Assembly: GCA_963755285.1 (NCBI GenBank)
Contig: CAVWJB010000003.1
Coordinates: 15,005 to 79,004, forward strand
Reading direction: 5' to 3'
Source of the DNA: an uncultured Chloroflexia bacterium
Lineage (GTDB): Bacteria; Chloroflexota; Limnocylindria; Limnocylindrales; CSP1-4
DNA length: 64,000 nt
In this document: positions 27,237 to 36,875 of the stretch, piece after piece
How positions within the stretch are numbered: the stretch's first letter is position 1
Layout of the letters: the number at the start of each line of letters is the position of its first letter
Translations under genes and position numbers: made by a program
The notes under the pieces: model-generated
Seen by the model: the letters and a program-made list of their open reading frames with translations, nothing else
The model's database searches: none
What the model was told of the DNA's origin: nothing

Positions 27237-29505
27237 GTGACCCGAAGCGACCTGACCCAACGCCTGTCGGCGGTCTTCTCGTCGAGGCTGGCCCGGGGCG
27301 CGGTCATCCTGTCGGTGCTCACGTTCGCCGGCTACCTGATGGGCCTCGTCCGCGACCGGATCTTCGCCCGGACGTTCGGCGCCGGCGCCGAGCTCGATGC
27401 CTACAACGCGGCGTTCGTCCTGCCCGAGCTCGCCCTCGACGTGTTCGTGGCGGCCGGCCTCGTGGCGCCGTTCGTCCCGATCTTCGTCACGCTCCGGGCC
27501 GAGACGATCGAGGCGGCCAAGGCATTCGGCCAGACGATCCTGACCCTGGCCGTCGGGGTCATGGCCGTCCTCTGCCTGCTCCTGTTCGTGTTCGCGCCGC
27601 AGACCGTGGCGCTGATCGCCCCCGGCTTCAGCGGGGAGCAGCAGACGCTCTACACGAACCTGTTCCGGATCATGTGCTTCACGCCAGTGATCTTCGCCGG
27701 GTCGATCGTGCTCGGCGAGGTGCTCGTCGCCGAGGGTCGCTTCCTCGCCTACGGCCTGGCTCCCCTGCTCTACAACGGCGGGATCGTCGTCGGGACGCTC
27801 CTCCTCGCCGACCGGATCGGGATCTACGCCGCGGCGGTGGGCGCGGTCGCCGGCGGCCTGGCCCACCTCGGAGTCCGGGTCGTCGGCATCTTCCGGACCC
27901 GCTTCCGGCCGCGGCCGAGCTTCGCGTTCCGGACGAAGGGGGTCGGCGAGTTCATCCGGCTGATGATCCCGAAGATGCTCAGCCACCCGATCGAGCCGCT
28001 GACGTTCCTCTACTTCACCGCGCTCGCCTCGACGCTCGTCCCGGGCTCGGTCAGCTCGGTCAGCTTCGCCCGGAACTTCCAGAGCGTGCCGGTCAGCCTC
28101 ATCGGGGCCTCGTTCGCGATCGCCGCCTTCCCGGTCATGTCGGCGGCCGTGGCGTCCGGCGACCGGCGCGGGTTCAGCCGGGTGTTCGGGATCAACCTCG
28201 CCCTGATCGCGATCCTGACGACCGGCGCGGCGATCGGGTTGTTCCTCGTCGGCGGGACCGCCATCCGGATCCTCCTCGGGCGGCGGGGCGTTCGAGGAGG
28301 ACGACATCGTCCGGACGGCCACGATCCTCGGCATCTTCGCCCTGTCCGTCCCGTTCGAGAGCGTCACCCACCTGCTCGCCCGCGCGCTCTACGCGACCCA
28401 CAACACGATCCTGCCGACGATCGCCTCGATCGCCGGCTTCGTCACGATCGTCGTCGCCGGCCAGCTCCTGTCGCCATCGATCGGGCTGTCGGCGATCCCG
28501 GCCGCGTTCGCGCTCGGCATGGCGGTCAAGGTCGCGATCCTGGGGGTCGCGCTCGCGCCGCGGATGGCCCGGATCGGGCAGGTGGCGGTCACGACGAGCG
28601 CCGACGTCGATGCCGAGCTGAGCGCCCCGGCTGGGAGCCCGGTCCGCCGGCGGGCGGTCCAGGCGATCGCCGCCCTCGCGCTCGTCGTCCTGGCGTTCGG
28701 GACCGCCTATGCGGCAAGCCAGTCGCTGTCGGGCGCCTCGCTCGCCGTGGCACCGGTCGTCACGCCGTGGGTCCGCGAGCGGCCGCCGGCGGTCGTGGGT
28801 TCCGGGCTGCCGATCCGCTCGCCCGGTCCCGGGCATTCGGCCCCGCCCGGGGCATCGGCCGGGCCGGGGGCGAGCGGATCACCCGGCGCGTCGCCGTCGC
28901 CGACGCCCAAGCCCGGTCCGTTCTCGATGGATCTCTACGAGAAAGGCGACTACGTCGGCGAATTCCACGACATCTGGTGCCTGCCCGCGGCGATGCAGAC
29001 CGCGATGAACATCATGGACGAGGGCGCCGACACGAGCCGGGCCACCCAGGAGCGCCTGTTCGACTTCACCCGCTCGCTCCACCCGGCCCCCGATGGCGCG
29101 GCCGAGCCCGAGGCCTGGGCCGAGGGCCTGACCCAGCTCGGCTACGGCAACTACGAGGTCGACATCGAACCCTCGATCAAGGCCGCGATCAAGGTCGCGG
29201 CCCGCCAGATCCGGCTGACGAACCGGCCGGTGGGCCTGATGGTCTGGAAGGGCGCCCACTCCTGGGTGATGTCCGGCTTCAACGCCACGGCCGACCCGGC
29301 CCAGACCGATGACTTCACGGTGACCGCGGTCCGGATCGAGGACGTCTGGTACCCGCGCCTGTCGTCGATCTGGGGCTATTCGCGGTCACCCGACTCGCTC
29401 TACAAGGTCGAGGACCTGTCCGAGGACTACCTGCCCTGGAAGCGGCCGCTCGGCACGTACCCGAAGAAGACCGGCAACTTCGTCCTGGTCATCCCGGTCG
29501 AGTAA
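27237..29505 (+). CDS. murJ: MurJ (lipid II flippase, MviN family) with an extra TM, a Pro/Gly/Ser linker and a C-terminal papain/C39-like domain; one frame break as sequenced
   Basis: GTG 27237 begins …ARGAVILSVLTFAGYLMGLVRDRIFARTFGAGAELDAYNAAFVLPE…, a MurJ N-terminal signature, and this frame is credible up to AIRILLG. The +1 frame, open from ~28283, continues GGAFEEDDIVRTATILGIFALSVPFESVTHLLARALYATHNTILPT… into track ORF 28519..29505. The shift is in ctcgggcggcggggcg (~28278-28290). The tail carries FHDIWCLPAAMQTAMN (Cys codon 28978-28980) and WKGAHSWVMSGF. Confidence 0.8.
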
Positions 29506-29522
29506 CCGCCGATCTCCGAGGG

Positions 29523-30356
29523 CTAGGACGTCGCCGGCACAACCGCGACCGGGACGTCGGTCTGGCCGTTCGTGGCGAGCGTGGCCATCGGCACCGCGAC
29601 GGCGGCCTCGCGCTCGGCACGCTCGAGGCGGACCGACCGCTCGATCCGATCGCGCAGCCCGACGAGCTGGCGCTGGATCATCACGAAGACCCCGAAGCCG
29701 AGCACCGGCATGAGCATCTTCGAGCCGGCGTTGCCCTTGCCGAACCAGCCCCGGGTCCGCTCGATGACGCGGGTGCGTCCCGGCCCGGAGGGCTCGAGCA
29801 CGAAGGCCCAGCTCACCTTGAAGTCCTCGGGTGAGGCCGTCCCCAGGAAGCCGCCCGACATCGCCAGGCCCGGCGTCTCGGTCGGCGAGATCGCCGGCTT
29901 GTCGGCCGTCGACTCGGTCTCCTTCGCCTTGGCCTGCTGGCCGTTCACGAGCTCGGTGTCGAGGTAGAGCACGAGCGCACGGTTCGGTTCGAGGACCTTG
30001 ACCTTGAAGCCACCCGCATCGTGGGTCGGGACGATGTCGCCGACCTCGAGCTTCTGGAGCTCGGGCTGGATCGCGTCGGCGCTGTGGCCCTTCATGTCCA
30101 TCCGGTCGTAGCTGTACCAGCCGGCGCGGCCGTAGCCCATCTGGACGAGCCAGGGCCAGACGGCCTCGGGCGACGCCTCGATCGTGATTCCGCGGGTGAT
30201 CAGGGTCTCGCCCTCGGGGACGATGTCGTCACCCGGGAGCTCCTTGGTCTGCTCGACCGTGTCGACGCCCCACGTCTCCCACCAATGCCGGAGCGACATG
30301 TACCCGACCCAGCTCGCCGCGGCGATGCCCGCGCCGATGACAACTCGTCTGATCAT
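29523..30356 (-). CDS. SRPBCC (START/polyketide-cyclase-like) family membrane-associated protein
   Basis: This is the internal ATG 30356 of ORF 29523..30587, with GGAGG upstream. It reads MIRRVVIGAGIAAASWVGYMS...ITIEASPEAVWPWLVQMGYGRAGWYSYD…, as in SRPBCC proteins, with hydrophobic helices at the N- and C-termini. Confidence 0.68.
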   Translation of the reverse strand: MIRRVVIGAGIAAASWVGYMSLRHWWETWGVDTVEQTKELPGDDIVPEGETLITRGITIEASPEAVWPWLVQMGYGRAGWYSYDRMDMKGHSADAIQPELQKLEVGDIVPTHDAGGFKVKVLEPNRALVLYLDTELVNGQQAKAKETESTADKPAISPTETPGLAMSGGFLGTASPEDFKVSWAFVLEPSGPGRTRVIERTRGWFGKGNAGSKMLMPVLGFGVFVMIQRQLVGLRDRIERSVRLERAEREAAVAVPMATLATNGQTDVPVAVVPATS

Positions 30357-30460
30357 GGGATTGCACCTCCGGACTGAGGGTAGCCCCGATCGCGTCCGAG
30401 CGTGGAGTGCCGTTGGGCCTGTTCTCGGACGGAGCTCAGCCGAGCCGCCCGAGGTCGATG

Positions 30461-31846
30461 TCAGGGGCGGAGGCCGTTCGCCGCGATCACGGCCGAGTAC
30501 CAGCGGGCGCTCGCCTTCGGAATGCGCGCCTGACGCTCGAAGTCGACGTAGACGATGCCGAACCGCGCCCGGTAGCCGAGCGCCCACTCGAAGTTGTCGA
30601 GGAGCGTCCAGACGAAGTAGCCGCGCAGGTCGGTGCCGGCGGCGAGCGCCCGCTCGGCGGCGTCGAGATGCGCCTCGAGATAGGCGATCCGGCGCGGATC
30701 GTCGACCGTGCCGTCGGCCCGAACCGTGTCGTCGAGCGCGATCCCGTTCTCGGTGATGTGGATCGGGATCGGCGGGTAGTCGCGACCGAGCCGGGCGAGC
30801 AGGTCGGACAGCCCGTCCGGGGTGATCGCCCAGCCGACGCTGGTCGTCTCGGCACCGGCTGCCGCCCGGAGCCCCTCCCAGCCGAGGCCCTGGTGGGCCG
30901 CCGCGACGACGTTCCGGAAGTAGTAGTTGACCCCGAGGAAGTCGATCGGTCGACGCATCGACTCGAGGTCGCCCGGCTGGATGAAGTCGAGGTCCGCCCC
31001 GAGGGCCGCGTAGTGCTCGAGCAGGTCCGACGGATAGCTGCCCCGGAACAGCGGATCGAGGAACCAGCGATTGAGATAGCCGTCGAAGAGGGTCGCGGCG
31101 CGCTCGTCATCCTCGCGATCCGATGCCGGATCGGACGGGCCCAGGTTGAGGGTGATCCCGATCTCGCCCGGTGCTCCGAGTGCCCGGAACGCGTCGACCG
31201 CCGCGACGTGGCCGAGGAGCAGGTGGTGGCCGGCCTGGAGCGCGCTCGTGAGGTCGGTGAGCCCGGGCGCGTGGCGCCCGTCGTAATGGCCGATGAACGC
31301 CGATACCCACGGCTCGTTGAGGGTGATCCAATGGTTGACCCGGTCGCCGAGCGCTCCGAACGCCGTGCTCGCATAGTCGGCGAACCGGGCCGCCGTGTCC
31401 CGGCTCAGCCAGCCACCCTGACCGCCCTGGAGCGCCTGCGGCAGGTCCCAGTGATAGAGGGTCGCCATCGGCGTGATGCCGCGCTCGAGCAACCGGTCCA
31501 CCAGGCGCTGGTAGAAGTCGAGCCCGGCCTGGTTCAGCTGCCCGGTGCCGTCGGGGAACAGCCGCGGCCAGGCGATGCTGAACCGGTAGGCGGTCAGGCC
31601 GAGGTCGGCCATCAGGTCGACGTCCTCGCGGTAACGGTGGTAGTGGTCGTCCGCCACGTCGCCGGTGTCCCCGTTGTCGATCCTCCCGGGGGTGTGGCTG
31701 AACCGGTCCCAGATCGATTCGCCGCGGCCATCGTCGGCGACCGCTCCCTCGATCTGGTAGCTGGCGGTCGCGGCACCCCACAGGAAGCCGGGCGGGAAGG
31801 GCATGGGCGGTCTCCGGGACGGTGTCGGGAGGTTCGGGTCGGGCAT
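30461..31846 (-). CDS. GH1 beta-glucosidase
   Basis: It contains FPPGFLWGAATASYQIEGA, YRFSIAWPRLFP, TLYHWDLPQAL, the acid/base motif WITLNEPW and the nucleophile motif ITENG. An alternative start is ATG 31804 (MPFPPGF…). Confidence 0.95.
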   Translation of the reverse strand: MPDPNLPTPSRRPPMPFPPGFLWGAATASYQIEGAVADDGRGESIWDRFSHTPGRIDNGDTGDVADDHYHRYREDVDLMADLGLTAYRFSIAWPRLFPDGTGQLNQAGLDFYQRLVDRLLERGITPMATLYHWDLPQALQGGQGGWLSRDTAARFADYASTAFGALGDRVNHWITLNEPWVSAFIGHYDGRHAPGLTDLTSALQAGHHLLLGHVAAVDAFRALGAPGEIGITLNLGPSDPASDREDDERAATLFDGYLNRWFLDPLFRGSYPSDLLEHYAALGADLDFIQPGDLESMRRPIDFLGVNYYFRNVVAAAHQGLGWEGLRAAAGAETTSVGWAITPDGLSDLLARLGRDYPPIPIHITENGIALDDTVRADGTVDDPRRIAYLEAHLDAAERALAAGTDLRGYFVWTLLDNFEWALGYRARFGIVYVDFERQARIPKASARWYSAVIAANGLRP

Positions 31847-31900
31847 CGAGACGATACGCCAGCCGACCCGGGGCCGTCGGGTCTCGCTACCCTACCCGAG

Positions 31901-32490
31901 ATGGCGCCATCCGCCGGACCGACCCTCGCCACGGCGCGGCTGATGCTGCGCCGCTGGCGCGACGCTGACCGCGAGCCGTTCGCCCGGCTCAACGGCGATG
32001 CCGAGGTGATGCGCCACTTCGTCCAGCCGCTGACCCGGGCCGAGAGCGACGCCCTCATCGACCGCCTCGAGGCCGGCTTCGAGGAGCACGGCTATCGGCG
32101 TCTGGGCGGTCGAGCGGCGCGACGACGGTGCGTTCCTTGGGTTCACCGGCCTGATGGTCCACGACGTTCGAGGCGCCGTTCACCCCGTGCGTCGAGGTCG
32201 GCTGGCGGTTCGATCGCTTCGCCTGGGGCCACGGCTACGCGACCGAGGCCGGGCGCGAGGCGCTTCGATACGGCTTCGAGCAGGCGGGCCTGCCGGAGAT
32301 CCTGTCGTGGACCTCGCCGCTGAACACGGGGTCGGTCGCGGTGATGGAGCGGCTCGGCATGCACCGCGACCCGGCCGACGACTTCGACCACCCACGGGTG
32401 CCGGAGGGCCACCCGCTCCGCCGCCACGTCCTCTACCGCCTCCGGCGCGAGGAGTGGATCAACGGTCCGCCGGGCGCCGCCCCCGGCTAG
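31901..32490 (+). pseudogene. GNAT family N-acetyltransferase (RimJ/RimL-like, ~195 aa) with two frame breaks
   Basis: ATG 31901 begins MAPSAGPTLATARLMLRRWRDADREPFARLNGDAEVMRHFVQPLTRAESDALIDRLEAGFEEHGY. The +1 frame then gives GVWAVERRDDGAFLGFTGLMVHDV, and the next +1 frame gives FEAPFTPCVEVGWRFDRFAWGHGYATEAGREALRYGFEQAGLPEILSWTSPLNTGSVAVMERLGMHRD…* ending at 32490. The shifts are at about 32096 and 32166. The length of 590 nt equals 196 codons plus 2 extra bases. Confidence 0.8.
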
Positions 32491-33752
32491 TCGAGCTTGC
32501 CCGCCCGGAACTGCTTGATCAGGGCGGCGTAGTCCGGCAGGCCGCGGTCGTAGCCGATCGCCCAGAACCCGACACCGGCCAGGCCGCGCGCGTCGGCCAG
32601 GGCCATCTTCGGGGTCAGTGTCGCCGGGGAGTCGACGTAGATCGCGGTCCACTCGAGCGGCGAGGCGCTCGGGTCCGGAGTCGCGTTCGGATCCCCGCTC
32701 GGGATGACGTACTGCTCGACCTGCTCGATGTCGTCGAGGGTCGGCACGTTGGCCGGATCTGCCAGGAAGTCGAGGTGGTCGCCCGGGATCCAGTTGCTCC
32801 CCTTCCCCGTCTGCGGCGCACCGAGCTCGGGACCGGAGACCGGCCACGCCATCCCGTACAGCGGCAGGCCGAGGATCGTCCGCTCGACCGGAACGCCGAG
32901 CGCCTCGTAGAGGTCGAGCGACCAGACCAGGTCCTTCTCGTCGCCGTCGCGCCGATCGATCGGCGACGAGGCCCCCGGGGCGGATCCCGACCAGTGGTAG
33001 TCGTAGCCCATCAGGAAGATCCGGTCGGCTCCGGCCGTCGAAGCGGCGAGCGCCATCGCCGAGCCGCGCAGGTTGGCCGTGGTCGCGACCGAGACCTGGG
33101 CCCTCGGGTGCGCCTTGACGAGTGCCGTCCGGAGCTGCCCGACGAAGTCGCCGTAGGCCGGGATCAGCACGTCGTCGATCGTCTCGACGTCGACGTTGAT
33201 GCCGTCGACCTTGAGCTCGCCGACCAGCCCCACCAGCGATTCGATGACCTTCGCCTGCACCTTGGGGCTGTTGCTGAACCCGAACAGGCGCTTGTTCCGG
33301 GTCGCCCCGAAGCTCGAGAACACGATCTCCACCCGCGTCCCGCGGTCGTGGGCCTCGCGGATGAGCTCCTGGCCCACCGCGCCGGTGATCAGCTGGTAGC
33401 CCTTCTGACCGGTGTCGAGAGACCCGTCGCGGGCGTTCGTCACCGAGAACAGGGCGAGCGTCGTCAGCTGGATCCCGGCGAGGTGGGCGCCGATCCCGTC
33501 GGTCATCTCCCAGTACGGCAGGTAGCCGTAGACCTCGTGGCCGGGCGTCGGCACCGGAGTCGGCTCGGGGGTCGGAGTGCCGGCCGCGGCGCCGTCGCCG
33601 GCCGTGCCGGATGCGCCGGGGCCGCTCGAGCCGACCACGTTCGCCTGGCCCTCCCCCGCTGACCGGAGCGCGCCCCCGAGGAGGAGCCCGGCGACGACCA
33701 TCACGGCGACCAGCCCGCCGAGCACGGCCAGGATCCTCGTGCGCCGGGTCAT
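32487..33752 (-). CDS. GH18 family glycosyl hydrolase (chitinase-like), membrane-anchored/secreted
   Basis: An N-terminal TM (ILAVLGGLVAVMVVAGLLLGG) and a Pro/Thr linker are followed by VYGYLPYWE. The catalytic-block-like motif is VDGINVDVE. It also contains FLMGYDYHW and GVGFWAIGYD. Confidence 0.85.
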   Translation of the reverse strand: MTRRTRILAVLGGLVAVMVVAGLLLGGALRSAGEGQANVVGSSGPGASGTAGDGAAAGTPTPEPTPVPTPGHEVYGYLPYWEMTDGIGAHLAGIQLTTLALFSVTNARDGSLDTGQKGYQLITGAVGQELIREAHDRGTRVEIVFSSFGATRNKRLFGFSNSPKVQAKVIESLVGLVGELKVDGINVDVETIDDVLIPAYGDFVGQLRTALVKAHPRAQVSVATTANLRGSAMALAASTAGADRIFLMGYDYHWSGSAPGASSPIDRRDGDEKDLVWSLDLYEALGVPVERTILGLPLYGMAWPVSGPELGAPQTGKGSNWIPGDHLDFLADPANVPTLDDIEQVEQYVIPSGDPNATPDPSASPLEWTAIYVDSPATLTPKMALADARGLAGVGFWAIGYDRGLPDYAALIKQFRAGKLD

Positions 33753-33813
33753 CGGGAAAGGGTGGGCGCCGTCGCCGGGTCGGTCAAGCAGGCCCGGCTG
33801 GAGCCCGCTCGGC

Positions 33814-34506
33814 TCAACCCTCCAGGCCGGCCAGGAGGCGGAAGACCGGGACGGCGTCGGCGAACGCTGCGGCCAGGATGTCCGGCAGCTCGGGCGAGAG
33901 CGCCTCGGCGTCGGACAGTCGCCGACCGAACGTGACGTCCTTGAGCTTGAGCAGCTCGGCCTCCGGATGGTCCGCCGGGAAGCCGGCCGGGGTCCGCTTC
34001 AGGCTGTCACCGTGGACGTCACCGAACGCGGCCACGAACCGTGGATCGTCGATCGCCCGATGGACCGCCGCGGGATCGCCGGCGACCATCGCTCGCCAGG
34101 CGACGAGCCGGGCCGGTTCCGGGTGCCACATGCCGCCGCCGACGTAGACCTCGCCGGGTTGGAGGTGGAAGTAGCCGCCCGGGCCCGTCGACTCGCCGTC
34201 GACCCACGGGAAGCTGGCGCTCGCATACGGCTTGTACGGCGACTTGTCCTTCGAGAAGCGCGTGTCGCGGTAGATCCGGAACGGCGATTTGGCCGGATCG
34301 CTCCGGAGCGGAACCGAGCGAGCCGCCAGCCGATCCGCGAGGGTCACGCAGAGCGCCTCGAGCGGCTGCTTCACGAGGCGCTCGTAGTCGGCCTTGCGGG
34401 GCTGGAACCAGGCCCGCTCGTTGTTCGCCGCGAGCTCCGCCAGGAAGTCGATCGTCCCGCGGCTGAAGCCGGTGAACTCCGTGGCGGTCGTCGTCATGGT
34501 GGCCAT
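33814..34506 (-). CDS. DUF2461 (TIGR02453) family protein
   Basis: It reads FTGFSRGTIDFLAELAANNERAWFQPRKADYE…FRIYRDTRFSKDKSPYKPY…YFHLQPGEVYVGGGMWHP, which is characteristic of this family. Confidence 0.85.
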   Translation of the reverse strand: MATMTTTATEFTGFSRGTIDFLAELAANNERAWFQPRKADYERLVKQPLEALCVTLADRLAARSVPLRSDPAKSPFRIYRDTRFSKDKSPYKPYASASFPWVDGESTGPGGYFHLQPGEVYVGGGMWHPEPARLVAWRAMVAGDPAAVHRAIDDPRFVAAFGDVHGDSLKRTPAGFPADHPEAELLKLKDVTFGRRLSDAEALSPELPDILAAAFADAVPVFRLLAGLEG

Positions 34507-34911
34507 CGCTCGCTCCGTGGGCGTTGCTCAGCGGGGCTCGCGGCGGTCTCGCCGCGAGGGCCATCACCATACCGCCGTCCGCTTCGCTCGCGGTACCCCG
34601 TTGGTCGGGTGCACCGTGGTGACCACAGGCGACGCCGGCGTGGTACTGGACGCACCATTCTCGGCACCGCCCCCGGCGCAGGCGCGCACCGACCCGCGCC
34701 CGGAGGCACCGGCCGACGACCACGTCAGCGGTTGCGGTCGGCCCTCACGAACAGGTACCTCCCCACGATCGTGAACACCAGGAAGAAACCGACGGTCACC
34801 GCCAGGTCGAGCCACGGGCTATCGCTGAACCACGTTCACTCGCCTGAGCGGGCGTCGGCTCCGATCGCCGGCCCGGACGCCGGGCTCGAACAGTCCGCTA
34901 CCGTGGTCGGC

Positions 34912-36099
34912 GTGAGACGCATCGACGCCGACGAGCGGCGGGCACGGATCGCCCGGCGGCACCATCTGGCGACCGGAGCTCGCGCCGCGGGCCCGGCCGA
35001 AGTCGCGGCGGACCTCGTCGGGCTGCACGCGACGGACCCGGCGTCGGTCTACCTGGCGATCGTGGCCCGGACGGTGCCGGGCGACCCGGGGGCCGAGCCC
35101 GACGCGATCGGGCGCAGCCTGTACGACGAGCGATCGATCGTCCGGATGCTCGGGATGCGCCGGACGATGTTCGTCGAGCCGCTCGAGCTCGTCCCGGTCG
35201 TCCACGCGGCCTGCGCCCGAGCGAACGGTGCCCAGCAGCGGCGCGCGACCCTCCAGCTCATCGCCGGAGCCGGGATCTCCGACGATCCCGGGCGGTGGCT
35301 GGCCGACGTCGAGGCCGAGGCCCTTGGCGCGCTGGCTCGTCTGGGCGAGGCCACCGCGACCGAGATCGCCAGGGAGGTCCCGCGCTTCCGGCACCAGATC
35401 CCGGTCGGCGAGGGCAAGACCTGGCAGGGCACGATCGGGGTGTCCACGCGAGTCCTGTTCGGGCTGGCTGCCGATGGCCGGATCGTCCGCGGCCGGCCGC
35501 GCGGGTCGTGGATCAGCAGCCAGTACCGCTGGGTGACCACGGAGTCATGGTTGACCGGCGGGGTCGCCGAGCTGCCGACGGAGTCCGCCCGGGTCGAGCT
35601 CATCCGTCGCTGGCTGCGGGCGTTCGGTCCGGGTACGGTCGCCGACATCAGGTGGTGGACCGGCTGGACGGTCGCCGAAGCCCGCCGCGCGCTCGGCGAG
35701 CTCGGGGCGGTCGAGGTCGAGCTCGACGCCGGGACCGGCTTCGTGCTGCCGGATGACCTCGAGCTCACAGCCGATCCCGGACCATGGGTCGCGTTGCTGC
35801 CGGCGCTCGACTCGACTGTCATGGGCTGGACGGGGCGCGACTGGTATCTCGGCGAGCATCGCTCGATGCTGTTCGACACGAATGGCAACGCGGGTCCGAC
35901 GATCTGGTCCGACGGCCGGGTCGTCGGCGGCTGGGCTCAGCGGCCAGGCGGCGAGATCGTCGTGCGCCTGCTCGAGGATGTCGGTGCGGCACGGCGGACG
36001 GCCGTCGAGGCGGAGGCCGATCGACTCGGACGCTGGCTCGGGCCGGTGCGGATCACGCCCCGCTTCCGCACGCCGCTCGAGCTCGAGCTCGGCGCCTGA
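34912..36099 (+). CDS. winged-helix DNA-binding domain protein of the YcaQ/AlkZ-like (DUF1006) family
   Basis: Only the last ~395 codons of track ORF 33577..36099 are credible. It starts at GTG 34912 (or GTG 34903) and reads VRRIDADERRARIARRHHLA...LVGLHATDPASVYLAIVARTV...LYDERSIVRMLGMRRTMF…RWLRAFGPGTVADIRWWTGWT…GNAGPTIWSDGRVVGGW. Confidence 0.78.
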   Translation: MRRIDADERRARIARRHHLATGARAAGPAEVAADLVGLHATDPASVYLAIVARTVPGDPGAEPDAIGRSLYDERSIVRMLGMRRTMFVEPLELVPVVHAACARANGAQQRRATLQLIAGAGISDDPGRWLADVEAEALGALARLGEATATEIAREVPRFRHQIPVGEGKTWQGTIGVSTRVLFGLAADGRIVRGRPRGSWISSQYRWVTTESWLTGGVAELPTESARVELIRRWLRAFGPGTVADIRWWTGWTVAEARRALGELGAVEVELDAGTGFVLPDDLELTADPGPWVALLPALDSTVMGWTGRDWYLGEHRSMLFDTNGNAGPTIWSDGRVVGGWAQRPGGEIVVRLLEDVGAARRTAVEAEADRLGRWLGPVRITPRFRTPLELELGA

Positions 36100-36151
36100 G
36101 GCCGGATCGGATCCGACCTGACGCCCGGGATGTGCCGCCGGGCTTCGGGTC

Positions 36152-36181
36152 TTGACAAACCGACCAGTCGGTCGGTAAGGT
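36152..36181 (+). promoter_or_regulatory. promoter with an embedded palindromic operator upstream of the TetR gene (leaderless)
   Basis: TTGACA (36152-36157), an 18-nt spacer and TAAGGT (36176-36181) are followed by 7 nt and then ATG 36189. The palindrome ACCGAC-ca-GTCGGT at 36159-36172 sits in the spacer. Confidence 0.5.
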
Positions 36182-36188
36182 GCCGGCC

Positions 36189-36797
36189 ATGATCCAGCCG
36201 ACGGTCACCGAGCGTGGCGAACGATCGCGGCAGGCCATCCTGGACGCGGCCGGTCCGATCTTCGCCGAGCGTGGCTATGCGGGGGCGTCGCTGAACGCGA
36301 TCATCCGAGCATCCGGCCTGACGAAGGGCGGCTTCTACTTCCACTTCCCGTCGAAGCAGGCGCTGGCGCTGGCGGTCATCCAGGACGGACAGGAGCGCTG
36401 GATCCAGGGCGCCTACGAGATCGCCCTGCGCAGTCCGCGCGCGGTCGATCGGGTGTTCGCCGTGCCACGCGCGCTCCTGGCGGTCGGCTCCGACGCCCGC
36501 GGCGGGATCGCCCAGCGGCGGTTGATCGACGAGCTGTCGACCGACCCGACCCTGCGCGACTCCCTGCGGCGGGTCATGCGGGAGCAGGTCAAGCGCACCG
36601 CCGACCTGTTCCGCGAGGCGCAGCGCGCCGGCGAGATCCGGCCGGACGTCGACGTCGACCTCGTCGCCGAGGTCGCGGTCGGCGGGTTCCAGGGCATGCA
36701 GTGCCTGACTGACCAGCTCGGTGACGACGAGCTGGAGCGGCGGGTCGAGGCGCTCATCACCGTCGTCCAGCTGGCCACGCTCAGCCGGACCGACTGA
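36189..36797 (+). CDS. TetR/AcrR family transcriptional regulator
   Basis: It reads MIQPTVTERGERSRQAILDAAGPIFAERGYAGASLNAIIRASGLTKGGFYFHFPSKQALA, a TetR HTH. The track start at GTG 36180 would overlap the -10 box. Confidence 0.9.
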   Translation: MIQPTVTERGERSRQAILDAAGPIFAERGYAGASLNAIIRASGLTKGGFYFHFPSKQALALAVIQDGQERWIQGAYEIALRSPRAVDRVFAVPRALLAVGSDARGGIAQRRLIDELSTDPTLRDSLRRVMREQVKRTADLFREAQRAGEIRPDVDVDLVAEVAVGGFQGMQCLTDQLGDDELERRVEALITVVQLATLSRTD

Positions 36798-36837
36798 TCT
36801 CACTAGCCCGGGCGGGCCGGTGTCTGCCCGGAAAACA

Positions 36838-36853
36838 GACCGACCGGTCGGTC
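36838..36853. promoter_or_regulatory. perfect 16-bp palindrome, a candidate TetR operator upstream of the oxidoreductase gene
   Basis: GACCGACCGGTCGGTC is its own reverse complement. It has the same ACCGAC/GTCGGT arms and 2-nt centre as the site at 36159-36172. It lies 22 nt upstream of ATG 36876, with AAGGAGG in between. Confidence 0.55.
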
Positions 36854-36875
36854 GTTCCGGTCGAAGGAGGACGAG

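Noticed and set aside
30407-31900. The N-terminal ~500 codons of ORF 30407..32323(+), and likewise 33577..34911 of ORF 33577..36099(+).
   Set aside because: Both stretches are shadow frames opposite the GH1 gene and the GH18/DUF2461 genes. Only the 3' portions (GNAT from 31901, YcaQ-like from ~34912) look like real protein.
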